Positions 38,346 to 48,556 of a stretch of 64,000 nucleotides of DNA are shown one piece after another. The stretch covers positions 12,459 to 76,458 of the forward strand of contig JAFGPL010000111.1 in NCBI GenBank assembly GCA_016936215.1, in the 5' to 3' direction. Source of the stretch: Bacteroidales bacterium. Its GTDB lineage: Bacteria > Bacteroidota > Bacteroidia > Bacteroidales > UBA10428. How positions within the stretch are numbered: the stretch's first letter is position 1; each line of letters starts with the position of its first letter. Under the pieces are notes generated by a model, which was not told the origin of the DNA, ran no database searches, and saw only the letters and a program-made list of their open reading frames with translations. A program made the position numbers and the translations under genes.

Positions 38346-39212
38346 TTTATATGCGCTCATTTTAAGCACCGAGATTTCCCTGTCTGTAAGAAACCTCCAT
38401 TTACCGCGGGGAAGACCCTTTTTTGTAAGCCCTGCAAAATACACACGGTCAAGTTTTATGACCTTATACCCGAGTTGTTCAAAAATACGCCTTACAATCC
38501 TGTTACGCCCCGAGTGAATTTCAATGCCTATCTGTCTTTTATCTTCCGCATCAACATAGTGTATTGCATCTGCCTTAATAAAACCGTCGTCAAGGGTAAC
38601 TCCCGAAGCAATTTTTTCAAGGTCTGAGCTTTTTACATTTTTATTCAGTGTTACCTGGTATACCTTCATCTTGTTAAATTTCGGGTGTGTTAGTTTTTTG
38701 GTCAGGTCTCCGTCGTTGGTAAGCAACAATACCCCTGTGGTGCTGCGGTCGAGCCGCCCAACAGGATATATTCTTTCCTTACAGGCATTTTTCACAAGGT
38801 CGAGAACGGTTTTGGTCGCATGCGGGTCTTCAACAGTGGTTACATAATCCTTTGGTTTATTCAGCAAAATGTATACTTTTTTTTCCTCTCTTATTTTTTC
38901 TCCATTGTATTTAACCACATCGCCCGGATTGACTTTAACCCCCAGTTCACTCACAATGTTGTCGTTTACAGTAATTAAGCCAGCTTTTATAAAGTCATCG
39001 GCCTGCCGCCTGGAACACAACCCGGTACTTGCAATATACCGGTTCAGCCTTATCTGGTCGTCAACACCGGCCAGATGGTGTTTAGTCTTGGGTTGGGTTT
39101 TTACCAATGTCTTTCGTTTGGTTGGTTTAAGAATACCTTCAGACACATTTTTTGAACCTCTTTTTTTTGAATCTGTAGTAATTCTTTTTCTTTGTCCTCT
39201 GATTGTACTCAT
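38343..39212 (-). CDS. rluB: rRNA pseudouridine synthase (RsuA/RluB family) with an S4 domain and a basic N-terminal extension
   Basis: S4 motif RLNRYIASTGLCSRRQAD. Catalytic motif PVGRLDRSTTGVLLLTNDG. Lys/Arg-rich N-terminus. Confidence 0.85.
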   Translation of the reverse strand: MSTIRGQRKRITTDSKKRGSKNVSEGILKPTKRKTLVKTQPKTKHHLAGVDDQIRLNRYIASTGLCSRRQADDFIKAGLITVNDNIVSELGVKVNPGDVVKYNGEKIREEKKVYILLNKPKDYVTTVEDPHATKTVLDLVKNACKERIYPVGRLDRSTTGVLLLTNDGDLTKKLTHPKFNKMKVYQVTLNKNVKSSDLEKIASGVTLDDGFIKADAIHYVDAEDKRQIGIEIHSGRNRIVRRIFEQLGYKVIKLDRVYFAGLTKKGLPRGKWRFLTDREISVLKMSAYK

Positions 39213-39345
39213 ATTGATTTTATATAATTTACAGTTAAACCGGAAATGATAAGGGGAGGAAGATTTTTTTCACTATTTTTATTCCATAAATTTATGAAAA
39301 TTACAAACAGAAATCAATTAAGAAAAATAAAAAATTGGGGAAATA

Positions 39346-40731
39346 ATGACTTTAATTAAATCAATTTCGGGCATAAGGGGCACCATTGGCGGGGTATCGG
39401 GTGAAAACCTTACTCCGCTTGATATCGTTAAGTTTGTATCAGCTTACGGGCAATGGATAAAACAGAGAACGGGTATTGAAAAACCCGTTGTAACCCTTGG
39501 CAGGGATGCCAGGATAAGCGGGGAAATGTTTGATAAATTGGTGTCGGGGACCTTAACAGGTATAGGCATTGATGTTATTAATCTTGGGCTTGCAACTACC
39601 CCAACCGTTGAAATTGCTGTTACTGAAACCCGTTCACATGGGGGAATTATTCTTACTGCAAGCCATAACCCCCGGCAATGGAATGCCCTGAAACTACTGA
39701 ACGAATCCGGGGAATTCCTTTCTGCTGCCGATGGTGAAAAAATTCTTGAACTGGCAGAAAAAGAAAACTTTGTTTATGCAAACATTGACTCCCTCGGCAA
39801 AATCAGCTACCTTCCAGATTTTGAAGATGTTCATATTAAAAAAATACTGGAATTGCAGCTTGTTGATAAAGAAGCCATTACCAAAGCAGGGTTTAGGGTT
39901 GCCATAGATTGTGTAAACTCGGTTGGCGGGTTAATCATCCCAAAATTACTTAACGCACTGGGAGTAAAAGAAGTAATAAAACTTTATTGCGATGCCAATG
40001 GTGAATTCCCGCACAATCCGGAACCATTGCCAGAGCATCTTGGCGATATATCCGAAGCAATTGTTAAAAACCATGCCGATCTTGGTTTTGTTGTTGACCC
40101 GGATGTTGACCGGTTGGCCATCGTGAACGAAGATGGCACTATGTTTGGGGAAGAATACACCCTCGTATCGGTTGCAGATTATATTCTGCATCACACACCA
40201 GGTAACACGGTTTCAAACCTCTCTTCTACCAAGGCGTTGAAAGAAATTACCGAAGGTTACAAAAAAAGTTATGCTGCAGCAGCAGTAGGTGAAGTAAATG
40301 TTGTCACAAGAATGAAAGAAACCGACGCTGTAATAGGCGGTGAAGGAAACGGCGGGGTGATTTACCCGGAATTGCACTATGGCAGGGACGCCCTTGTGGG
40401 CATTGCCCTCTTTCTCACATATCTTGCCAAAAGCGGTTTAAGTTGCAGTAAGTTGAGGGCTAAGTATCCCCGTTATATTATTTCGAAAAATAAAACCGAA
40501 CTTAAACCTCAAACCAATGTTGATAAGATTCTGGAATTGGTAAAAGAAAAATTCGACCTATACCCCATAAATACCGAAGATGGCGTGAAAATTGAGTTCC
40601 CTGAAGGCTGGGTGCACCTAAGAAAATCGAATACCGAACCAATTATTCGAATTTACTCCGAAGGCAACAATGAAGAAACAGCCGGTAGGCTTGCCGATAA
40701 AATAATTTCGGTAATTAACAGTTTTATTTAA
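39346..40731 (+). CDS. glmM: Phosphoglucosamine mutase (alpha-D-phosphohexomutase family)
   Basis: Active-site loop TASHNP, metal-binding loop DPDVDR, sugar-binding GGEGNGG. 461 aa, as in Bacteroidota GlmM. Confidence 0.8.
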   Translation: MTLIKSISGIRGTIGGVSGENLTPLDIVKFVSAYGQWIKQRTGIEKPVVTLGRDARISGEMFDKLVSGTLTGIGIDVINLGLATTPTVEIAVTETRSHGGIILTASHNPRQWNALKLLNESGEFLSAADGEKILELAEKENFVYANIDSLGKISYLPDFEDVHIKKILELQLVDKEAITKAGFRVAIDCVNSVGGLIIPKLLNALGVKEVIKLYCDANGEFPHNPEPLPEHLGDISEAIVKNHADLGFVVDPDVDRLAIVNEDGTMFGEEYTLVSVADYILHHTPGNTVSNLSSTKALKEITEGYKKSYAAAAVGEVNVVTRMKETDAVIGGEGNGGVIYPELHYGRDALVGIALFLTYLAKSGLSCSKLRAKYPRYIISKNKTELKPQTNVDKILELVKEKFDLYPINTEDGVKIEFPEGWVHLRKSNTEPIIRIYSEGNNEETAGRLADKIISVINSFI

Positions 40732-40768
40732 AACGCAAAACAAACCATATTTTCTAACAGGTAAAGTG

Positions 40769-42148
40769 ATGAAAAAAAAACACATTGTATTTGCAGCAGT
40801 TTTTGCAGCAGTGATATTGCTTATTATATTATTGGGAAATTTCAGACGTACCGAATCTGTTGATATTGAAACAGAAACAAAGAAGGGAATTTTTGAAGTG
40901 AATGTTACTGTTACCGGCGAACTCCAGGCAAGGAATTCGGTAAAAATTGAAGCACCTTTTCAGATTTTACGCGAAGTACAGTTGTGGGAAATATCAATCG
41001 GCGAAATGGTTCCCGAAGGCACTGTGGTTGATTCGGGTGATTTTGTTGCAAGGTTGAATGCATCGGAAGTTGAAAACCGCTTAAAAGATATTGAAGCAGA
41101 AATTGATAACAGCCTTGCAGAAATAGAAAAAGCCAAAATAGACAGCTCGCTCGAACTGCGCTCGCAGCGCGATAACATTATCAACCTGAGATATTCTGTG
41201 CAGGAAGCTGAAATAACCCTTGAACAATCGAAATTTGAGTCCCCGTCGGTTATCAGAAAAGCCCAGATAGACCTGGACAGAATAAAACGTGAATACGATC
41301 AAACACTTGGTAATTATAAGTTAAAGGTACAGCAGGCTGAAGTGAATATCAGGCAGAAAAATTTTATCCTTAACAAAAGGCTGAGACAAAAAGAAAAAAT
41401 TTATGAAGCCATGAAAAGCCTCATAATTAAAGCTCCTGCAGCAGGTATGGTTATTTACAGAAAAGAACGCGATGGCACCAAAGTTGTTACCGGAAGCAGT
41501 ATTCAGATATGGAGAAATGCAATAGTAGCTACCCTTCCCGACTTATCTTCATTTAATTCAATAACCTATGTAAATGAAATAGATATAAGCAAAGTAAAAA
41601 CCGGTCAGCTTGTAAAAATTGGTATTGATGCTTTTCCCGATAAAAAATTCACCGGAGTGGTACATTCGGTGGCCAATATCGGCGAACAATTGCAAAATGC
41701 CGATGCAAAGCTCTTTGAAGTCATTATTAGGATGAATGAAACCGACCCTGTTTTAAGGCCTTCAATGACATCAAGCAACCAGGTAACGACCAACATTATT
41801 GATGATGCCGTTTATGTGCCCCTTGAAGCAGTGCACACTGTGGACAGCCTTACTTTTATTTACAAAAAAAACAAAACAAGACAACTTGTTTTATTGGGTG
41901 AAGCCAACGAAGATCACGTAATTGTGAATGAAGGACTTAAGGAGGGGGATAAAATACTTTTATCCGTTCCTGAGAAAGCTGACGATTATAAGCTTACCGG
42001 CACAGAACTTATACCAAAAATTAAGGCACAATTGCTCGAAAAACAAAAAAACAATATGGTACAGCCTAACCATGAAAGAAAAGAAAGGAAAAACGGCAAC
42101 AGACCTGATAATGGAAGGCCCCAAAACAACAATAACCGGCAGGATTAG
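40769..42148 (+). CDS. HlyD/MacA-like periplasmic adaptor (membrane fusion protein) with a basic Asn/Arg-rich tail
   Basis: N-terminal anchor, long coiled-coil hairpin region, barrel-sandwich motifs. C-terminus ...ERKERKNGNRPDNGRPQNNNNRQD. The track start at 40766 is GTG, immediately followed by ATG. Confidence 0.8.
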   Translation: MKKKHIVFAAVFAAVILLIILLGNFRRTESVDIETETKKGIFEVNVTVTGELQARNSVKIEAPFQILREVQLWEISIGEMVPEGTVVDSGDFVARLNASEVENRLKDIEAEIDNSLAEIEKAKIDSSLELRSQRDNIINLRYSVQEAEITLEQSKFESPSVIRKAQIDLDRIKREYDQTLGNYKLKVQQAEVNIRQKNFILNKRLRQKEKIYEAMKSLIIKAPAAGMVIYRKERDGTKVVTGSSIQIWRNAIVATLPDLSSFNSITYVNEIDISKVKTGQLVKIGIDAFPDKKFTGVVHSVANIGEQLQNADAKLFEVIIRMNETDPVLRPSMTSSNQVTTNIIDDAVYVPLEAVHTVDSLTFIYKKNKTRQLVLLGEANEDHVIVNEGLKEGDKILLSVPEKADDYKLTGTELIPKIKAQLLEKQKNNMVQPNHERKERKNGNRPDNGRPQNNNNRQD

Positions 42149-42181
42149 TATTTCAGACCTGACCAATTAAGCAATCCAGAG

Positions 42182-43528
42182 ATGAAAAGATACCTTCACG
42201 ACTTTAATATCGCGGTAGATTCGCTGCTTGATAACAAGCTTAAGTCAATTCTTACAGCTTTGGGAATAATCTTCGGGGTGGCGGCTGTAATTAGCATGCT
42301 GGCAATAGGCCGCGGGGCCAAAGAAGAAATTCTCGAACAGATAAAACTGGTTGGGGTCAATAATATTGTTATTTCACCCATAGTTGAAGCAGTTGACAAT
42401 GAAGAAAATGGCAATGGTAATACCAACGATCTTGAAAAGAATAAATTTTCCCCTGGTCTTACCATGTCTGATGTGGAATCTGTGATCGAACTGCTGCCTG
42501 CAGTTAAAAATATCAGCCCCGAAATTGCCATGAGTTCTTTTGTTGTGCAAAACGGGGTGAGGGAATCTGCCAAGGTAATAGGTGTATCAAAAATGTATTT
42601 TGAAATTTATAACCTCAACCTGGCAAGTGGTGAAATATTTAACAATTACCAGGAAGAAAACGGCCTGCCTGTATGTGTCATCGGGGATAATATCCGCGCG
42701 AAGTTTTTCAGTAAAATAGACCCCATCAATCAATATTTAAAATTTGGTTCTGTCTGGCTTAAAGTGATTGGGGTGATAGAAAAAAGCAATATCAGCCTTA
42801 CCGGTTTTGAGAATGCCGGTGTTAATGTTTTCAACGATAATATTTATATACCTGTAAAGACCATGCTGCTTCGTTTTCAGAACAGGGCGCTATACAATTC
42901 AGGAAAGCTATTGACGGGTGAAACCCGCAGCCGGCAGGGAAGAAGCATCAACCCCTCAGAAAACCTTGAGTCTAACTATCACCAGCTCGACAATATTATT
43001 GTACAGGTGCACAGCTCTGAATTTATGGCACCTACTTCAGAAATTTTGAGTCGCATGCTGTTTCGAAAACACTATGAGATAAAAGACTATGAGATAAGGC
43101 TGCCTGAACTTGAACTCAAACAGGAACAGCGTACGAAAGATATATTCAATATTGTATTGGGCGCCATTGCCGGAATCGCACTTATTGTGGGAGGTATAGG
43201 CATTATGAACATCATGTTTGCCTCGGTAATGGAGCGGATCAAAGAGATCGGGACAAGGCTTGCCATTGGTGCCAAAAAATCCGACATCGTGGTTCAGTTC
43301 CTGTCGGAAGCTGTGCTGATAAGCATTACAGGCGGGATCATCGGGGTTATTCTCGGCATTGTGCTGGCCAAAGTCATTCAGGAGATTTTCGATATTCTAA
43401 CCATCGTTACACCAGTTTCGGTATTCATTGCATTCGGCGTTTCCGCTACCATCGGAATTGTTTTTGGTTATTCCCCGGCCAAACGGGCCTCGGAGAAAGA
43501 CCCTATCGAATCTTTACGATATGAATAA
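42182..43528 (+). CDS. MacB/FtsX-type ABC transporter permease (no fused ATPase)
   Basis: MacB_PCD-type periplasmic domain between TM1 and TM2. C-terminal FtsX 3-TM bundle (IGGIGIMNIMFASVMERIKEIGTRLAIGAKKSDI). Ends ...PAKRASEKDPIESLRYE. Confidence 0.85.
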   Translation: MKRYLHDFNIAVDSLLDNKLKSILTALGIIFGVAAVISMLAIGRGAKEEILEQIKLVGVNNIVISPIVEAVDNEENGNGNTNDLEKNKFSPGLTMSDVESVIELLPAVKNISPEIAMSSFVVQNGVRESAKVIGVSKMYFEIYNLNLASGEIFNNYQEENGLPVCVIGDNIRAKFFSKIDPINQYLKFGSVWLKVIGVIEKSNISLTGFENAGVNVFNDNIYIPVKTMLLRFQNRALYNSGKLLTGETRSRQGRSINPSENLESNYHQLDNIIVQVHSSEFMAPTSEILSRMLFRKHYEIKDYEIRLPELELKQEQRTKDIFNIVLGAIAGIALIVGGIGIMNIMFASVMERIKEIGTRLAIGAKKSDIVVQFLSEAVLISITGGIIGVILGIVLAKVIQEIFDILTIVTPVSVFIAFGVSATIGIVFGYSPAKRASEKDPIESLRYE

Positions 43529-43565
43529 TGCTGATTTTGTGTTTGTTAAATTCAATAGTTCTGCC

Positions 43566-45053
43566 ATGAGATTTGTAACAACCTTATTTTTTTTATTATT
43601 ATTCTCCTTTAGTATATTAAATGCTCAAAAAACCTCTAAGCAGCTAACGCTTGAAGAGGTAATACAAATAGCCAAAGAGCAATCTTTACAGGCAATTCTG
43701 GCCAAACACAGGTTCAGGGGCAGTTACTGGGAGTACCGTACACACCAGGCCAAATATTTACCTACCCTTACCCTTAATTCAACCATCTTCAATTTCGATA
43801 GGTCAATAAGACAAAGTTATGCATACGAACAGGGTGAATGGAAAGAACGTATCGGGGAAAGCAAATCACTTAACTCTTCAGCAAGGTTAAACCTGCGGCA
43901 AAATATCGGGCTTACCGGGGGTAATATTTTCATGAGTTCGGGACTGAACAGAAACGACCTTCTTCAGGGCGACTCAACAGTAAGATTTATCTCGAATCCT
44001 GTAAGCATTGGTTTTACCCAGCCTATTAACGGCTACAATGAACTACACTGGGAAAAACGCATAGAACCAAAAAAATACGAAGAAGCAAAAAAACAATATA
44101 TTGATGCAATGGAGGCTGTATCGGTAAGGGCAGTTAACTTTTTCTTTGATCTGGCCCTGGCCCAGATGAACCTTGAGATATCGAGAATTAATTTCGAAAA
44201 TACAGATACCCTTTATAAAATAGCCCGGGGAAGGTACAACATGGGCACGATTGCCGAAAATGAACTGTTGCAGCTTGAACTCAGCCATTTAAATGCCGGC
44301 GCCAACTATAACAGCGCATCTATTGACCTTGAGGTCAATAAATTTCAGTTGCGCTCTTTTCTCGGCTTTAACGAAACTGTTGACCTGCAACTGATTATAC
44401 CTACTATCATACCGCAAATGGAAATAGACGTGCTACACGCCCTTGAGGAAGCCAGGAAAAACAACCCTGAAATTATTGCGCTTGATATCCAGTTGCTCGA
44501 AGCAAAACGCGATGTTGCACAGGCACTTTCTCAAAGAGGCATGAATGCCACCCTGTTTGCCTCATTTGGTTTGACCAAAGAAGCTCCTGATATTCCCGGT
44601 GCATATATCAATCCTCAGGACCAACAGCAAGTGGAAGTTGGTATACAGGTACCGATTGTTGACTGGGGACTGGGACGCGGCAGGTACAAAATGGCAAAAT
44701 CGAATGAAGAGGTGGTTATGACTTCGGTACAACAGGAAAAAATTGATTTTGAACAGAACGTGCTGCTTAGCGCCATGCAGTTCAACCTGCAGGACGACCA
44801 GTTGATAATTGCCGCCAAGGCCGATACCGTAGCAGCCTATCGCTATGAAGTCGCGAAAAAAAGGTTTCTCATTGGTAAAATAGACGTGCTTGACCTGAAT
44901 GTGGCGCTCGAAGAGAAAGATATTTCACGACGCAGCTACATTGCCGCCATGCGCAATTTCTGGAGTTACTATTATAATATGCGCAGGCTTACCCTGTTTG
45001 ATTATATCAATAACACCCCGCTTGAAGCCTCGTTTGAAGATCTGTTGGAATAA
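43566..45053 (+). CDS. TolC-family outer-membrane efflux protein
   Basis: Signal peptide MRFVTTLFFLLLFSFSILNAQ, then the typical LTLEEVIQIAKEQSLQ start of TolC-like proteins and a duplicated coiled-coil/barrel architecture. An alternative ATG at 43521 overlaps the permease stop (ATGA). The track start at 43428 lies inside the permease gene. Confidence 0.8.
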   Translation: MRFVTTLFFLLLFSFSILNAQKTSKQLTLEEVIQIAKEQSLQAILAKHRFRGSYWEYRTHQAKYLPTLTLNSTIFNFDRSIRQSYAYEQGEWKERIGESKSLNSSARLNLRQNIGLTGGNIFMSSGLNRNDLLQGDSTVRFISNPVSIGFTQPINGYNELHWEKRIEPKKYEEAKKQYIDAMEAVSVRAVNFFFDLALAQMNLEISRINFENTDTLYKIARGRYNMGTIAENELLQLELSHLNAGANYNSASIDLEVNKFQLRSFLGFNETVDLQLIIPTIIPQMEIDVLHALEEARKNNPEIIALDIQLLEAKRDVAQALSQRGMNATLFASFGLTKEAPDIPGAYINPQDQQQVEVGIQVPIVDWGLGRGRYKMAKSNEEVVMTSVQQEKIDFEQNVLLSAMQFNLQDDQLIIAAKADTVAAYRYEVAKKRFLIGKIDVLDLNVALEEKDISRRSYIAAMRNFWSYYYNMRRLTLFDYINNTPLEASFEDLLE

Positions 45054-45093
45054 GGTCTCAAAATGCCGGAACTGTACCTCAGTTGGAATATTT

Positions 45094-47157
45094 TTATTTC
45101 ACATTGAGCAGCGCTTCATCCACCGCTTTCAATAATGGGTTGTTTGATATCCCCTCCCCTACTGCATGCTTCATCCATAAATCGGGCGTAAGGTTGCCGG
45201 ATGAGAAAATGCGTTTTATTTCGGCAACAAAATCTTTATCTGCAATATATTCTTCAATTTGGTAATCAATAAGATGACCTACCGGGTAAGCAGAAAGGTA
45301 CAACGGGTATGCTATCATGTGTGAATATATGGCAAGTATCACCTGGTCTTTAACACCAAAAATACCGGCATAATATCTATTCCAGATATCTTTTGAAATG
45401 CTTAGCACTGCATCTTTCAGTTCTTTAACAGTTGCCCCGGGGTTCTCGTAAAGCCATTTCCATACCGCCATATCTACCAGCGATACACCCATTATTTCAT
45501 AACACGACCAGAAAATATCAAGCGCCATAAGATGTCTCTCTTCTTCACCGGGACTTCCCAACCCCAGCAGTTCGAGATCGCGTTTCTGAAAAATAAAGGC
45601 AAGGGCTTCGGTAAATGCTGTATTGGGTATCCCTTTAAGTCTATAATAATCTGTTTTATACAGTGTAAGTGTTTGTTCTACATTATGTCCGAATTCATGC
45701 ATGGCAATGTTGTAACCTTTGTAATTCATCCCATTTTTCCCGATACGGGTCCTGAGGTGCGACTTTTCTGTCCTCATTTCAGCGCCAAATGCATGCCCTG
45801 CTCCCCTTGAGGGATCAACGGTAACCCGTGATGCAACAAATTGTGCATCTTCGCGGCTGAACCCAAGTTTTTGAAGTATCACCGGCATATCGGCTTCGAA
45901 AGCGGTGGGTGAAGGATATTTTTTTGCTGTAATTTCATCAAGTACCTTTTCGTCGGTTTTGTTTCCGGTCGGTTTAAAACCGTTATACCATATATCAAAA
46001 GGTTCCAGCGGCCGGTTAAGACGCTTGCTGATAAATTGCGCAACTCTCCGAACTTCTTCAGATGAAAGCAGTTCTGTAAACAGCTTTTCAACTTCGGGCA
46101 GGGGCATCTGCATTGACTGGTCAAAAGCCCTTGCGATAGCAGTATTATAAAAAGGACTGTAACTGTCAATACTGGTATTTGCTTTAAAAAGATCGAGCAG
46201 GTGCTGATAGCGAACATTGTTTTCCGGCCTGGCTTCCACAACTTCATTTTCAAGAAATAACTCATTGGTAAAAGGGTTCCAGCGGTATTCATTATTATTG
46301 ATGACCTGTGCCGGAATTTCCTGGGTGATAATATTTTCCATTACCTTGTATATCATGCACTGTTTAAGTAACCCTTCAGCCAGAAGGTAGTTTGATTTAA
46401 TCTCGTCGCGCAACCCCCAGTGCGAAATAAGTTTCATTTCAGCCGGAAAATAAGATCTCATGGAGCTGTCGGTAAGGTTGCCCATGTAAATATTATATTC
46501 GTCAATATAAGCGCCTGCAAGGGTAATAATGTCCGAATAATTCTGATTTACTGCAGCAGGAATCCTGTCTGATACAGCATCACCAACCCTTGCAAAAGCC
46601 CATTCTTTTCTCGACCATGCTGAACCTTTATCCAACTTGTCCTGGAGTGTATAAAACGGGAAATTCAGCAATATTATAAACGAAACTTTATTTTTAAAGA
46701 AATCGTCTGACAGGTGGCTTGAGGGATCATAACTCCCCATAAGCATGTCAATGGGCGTAATGTCGCCCATATCAAGATCAAGTGGTTCGCGCAACTGAAG
46801 CGACATTTTTGTGAAGTTGCCGGTTAATATTTCAAAATTCCTCTCAAGCTTTTGAAATAAAACATCCAGTGCTTCACCCCGTGGCAGAAAATTTTCCATG
46901 CAAAATAATCTGAACGCTTCTGCCGATCCATCCTGCTCCATCCAGAACCTTGCAACCTGCATCACCCCCTGCTCTATCCTGAACCTGTTTTCTTCGCCAT
47001 ACCTGGTAACCAGTCTGTCTTTAATATCATTTTGTGATTTTTCATCAATATACTTTCCCATATTTTCGGAATTATCTTTTTGAGACAATTTGTTTTGTGG
47101 CCCTGAACAAGAAATAGTTAAGGTCAAAGCAAGAAATAATACCGGATAGGTCTTCAT
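45094..47157 (-). CDS. Lipoprotein zinc metallopeptidase (HEFGH gluzincin, M3-like)
   Basis: Lipoprotein signal MKTYPVLFLALTLTISC (ATG at 47157). HEFGH zinc motif with a downstream Glu (TEALAF). The track start at 47283 would overlap the ald gene by 101 nt and lacks a signal peptide. Confidence 0.7.
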   Translation of the reverse strand: MKTYPVLFLALTLTISCSGPQNKLSQKDNSENMGKYIDEKSQNDIKDRLVTRYGEENRFRIEQGVMQVARFWMEQDGSAEAFRLFCMENFLPRGEALDVLFQKLERNFEILTGNFTKMSLQLREPLDLDMGDITPIDMLMGSYDPSSHLSDDFFKNKVSFIILLNFPFYTLQDKLDKGSAWSRKEWAFARVGDAVSDRIPAAVNQNYSDIITLAGAYIDEYNIYMGNLTDSSMRSYFPAEMKLISHWGLRDEIKSNYLLAEGLLKQCMIYKVMENIITQEIPAQVINNNEYRWNPFTNELFLENEVVEARPENNVRYQHLLDLFKANTSIDSYSPFYNTAIARAFDQSMQMPLPEVEKLFTELLSSEEVRRVAQFISKRLNRPLEPFDIWYNGFKPTGNKTDEKVLDEITAKKYPSPTAFEADMPVILQKLGFSREDAQFVASRVTVDPSRGAGHAFGAEMRTEKSHLRTRIGKNGMNYKGYNIAMHEFGHNVEQTLTLYKTDYYRLKGIPNTAFTEALAFIFQKRDLELLGLGSPGEEERHLMALDIFWSCYEIMGVSLVDMAVWKWLYENPGATVKELKDAVLSISKDIWNRYYAGIFGVKDQVILAIYSHMIAYPLYLSAYPVGHLIDYQIEEYIADKDFVAEIKRIFSSGNLTPDLWMKHAVGEGISNNPLLKAVDEALLNVK

Positions 47158-47182
47158 TTTTTTTTTTTGATGATCTTGGTTA

Positions 47183-48406
47183 TCAGAATGCTGCCATAAG
47201 CAAATCAATATCTTTTGAGGGGATATTAAAATTGCTTCCAAGCAACTCATTGGTAAGTATGCCATTATAAAGATAAACGCCATGCCTTACCCCAAGGTTA
47301 GACTTTAGAAATGGTTTGATGCCGCCGGAATTCCCTATTTCCATCATTATGGGCGAAATGATGTTGCTTAGCGCAATGGAAGCAGTGCGTGCCACCCTGG
47401 ATGGAAGATTGTTAACACTGTAATGCACCACATCGTGCTTGGTATATACCGGATCAAGCAGGGTGCGGCATTCTGATGTTTCGATGCAGCCCCCCTGGTC
47501 AATGCTGATGTCTATAATTACTGAGCCTTTTTTCATCTCTTTAACCATCTCCTCGGTAACAAAATACCGTGGACCCCGGTCGTAGAGATTATATGCGCCT
47601 ACCAGTACATCGGCCGATTTAAGGGTGCGGCGCAGCACGCGGGGATGAAATATTGAAGTATGAAGCCTTGTGCCGAGATTTTTTTGAAGTTGTTCAAGTT
47701 TTTGCGGTGAAGGGTCAAACACCTTTACAAATGCACCCAGCCCAAGCGCTGCCCTGGCGGCATATTCGGCTGCTGTACCTGCACCTATGATTACAACCTC
47801 GGTAGGTGTAATACCTGAAATTCCGCCTAACATCACACCTTTACCACCACTGTTGTTGCTGAGGTATTCTCCGGCAATGATAATTGCAGTGTTACCGGCA
47901 ATAGCATTCATTGACTGCAAAACCGGGAAAAAGTTATACTCATCTTTTACGTATTCATAGGCAATGGCAGTAACTTTTTTGTCCATAAGCTTACGGATGT
48001 ATCCTTCGGTCTGGGTATAAACATGCAACCCTGAAAAGACCACCTGGTTTCCTTTCAGAAGGTCAATTTCTTCCAGGTCGAGGGGGGCAACTTTAAGGAT
48101 AATGTCGGCACCAAGCACCTGGGCTTTATTATCTACGATAAAACCACCAAATTCACTGTAGCTCTGGTCTGAATAATGAGCCCCTTCACCGGCCCTCGAT
48201 TCGATAAGCACATCATGCCCGTTGTCTATCAACACCTCTACTGCCTCGGGGGTTAATGAAACACGCTGTTCAATATGCTGTTTCTCGCGCGGTATTCCGA
48301 TAGTAAGCTTTTTCTGCCGCTTACCAATTTCAAGCATTTCTTCCTGTGGCAACATGCCCCCGTACATTAACGGCATGTTGTGAGATTCGGGTCTTTGTTC
48401 AACCAT
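47183..48406 (-). CDS. ald: Alanine dehydrogenase / PNT-family NAD-dependent dehydrogenase
   Basis: AlaDH/PNT N-terminal domain (IGIPREK..EQRVSLTPE). Rossmann motif VIIGAGTAAEYAARAA. The exact start is uncertain, as there are several in-frame Met codons in the first 25 codons. Confidence 0.75.
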   Translation of the reverse strand: MVEQRPESHNMPLMYGGMLPQEEMLEIGKRQKKLTIGIPREKQHIEQRVSLTPEAVEVLIDNGHDVLIESRAGEGAHYSDQSYSEFGGFIVDNKAQVLGADIILKVAPLDLEEIDLLKGNQVVFSGLHVYTQTEGYIRKLMDKKVTAIAYEYVKDEYNFFPVLQSMNAIAGNTAIIIAGEYLSNNSGGKGVMLGGISGITPTEVVIIGAGTAAEYAARAALGLGAFVKVFDPSPQKLEQLQKNLGTRLHTSIFHPRVLRRTLKSADVLVGAYNLYDRGPRYFVTEEMVKEMKKGSVIIDISIDQGGCIETSECRTLLDPVYTKHDVVHYSVNNLPSRVARTASIALSNIISPIMMEIGNSGGIKPFLKSNLGVRHGVYLYNGILTNELLGSNFNIPSKDIDLLMAAF

Positions 48407-48556
48407 GGTTATTAAGTCTGGCTATTTAGAAAACCAACTAAGATAATACAAATGGTATACTTGTTCAAGTAAAATCTTAAGGAAAAAATTTTTGGAGGGC
48501 ATTATTGGCACCAAACATGCAAAAAATTCTGTGCTACCGCACATAAAACTAAGTGG

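Noticed and set aside
38013-38517. ORFs 38013-38258 (+, 81 aa) and 38290-38517 (+, 75 aa) spanning the convergent gap
   Set aside because: The first is an out-of-frame read-through of the phosphatase gene's 3' end. The second is antisense to rluB. Neither has a signal, motif or plausible start context. The region is better explained by the inverted-repeat element.
43428-43565. Long N-terminal extension of the TolC-like ORF
   Set aside because: The extension lies inside the permease gene in another frame. A proper signal peptide begins at the ATG at 43566, with an alternative coupled ATG at 43521.
47158-47283. N-terminal extension of the peptidase ORF overlapping ald
   Set aside because: It would overlap the ald 3' end by 101 nt and bury the lipoprotein signal peptide. 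The ATG at 47157 gives MKTYPVLFLALTLTISC.
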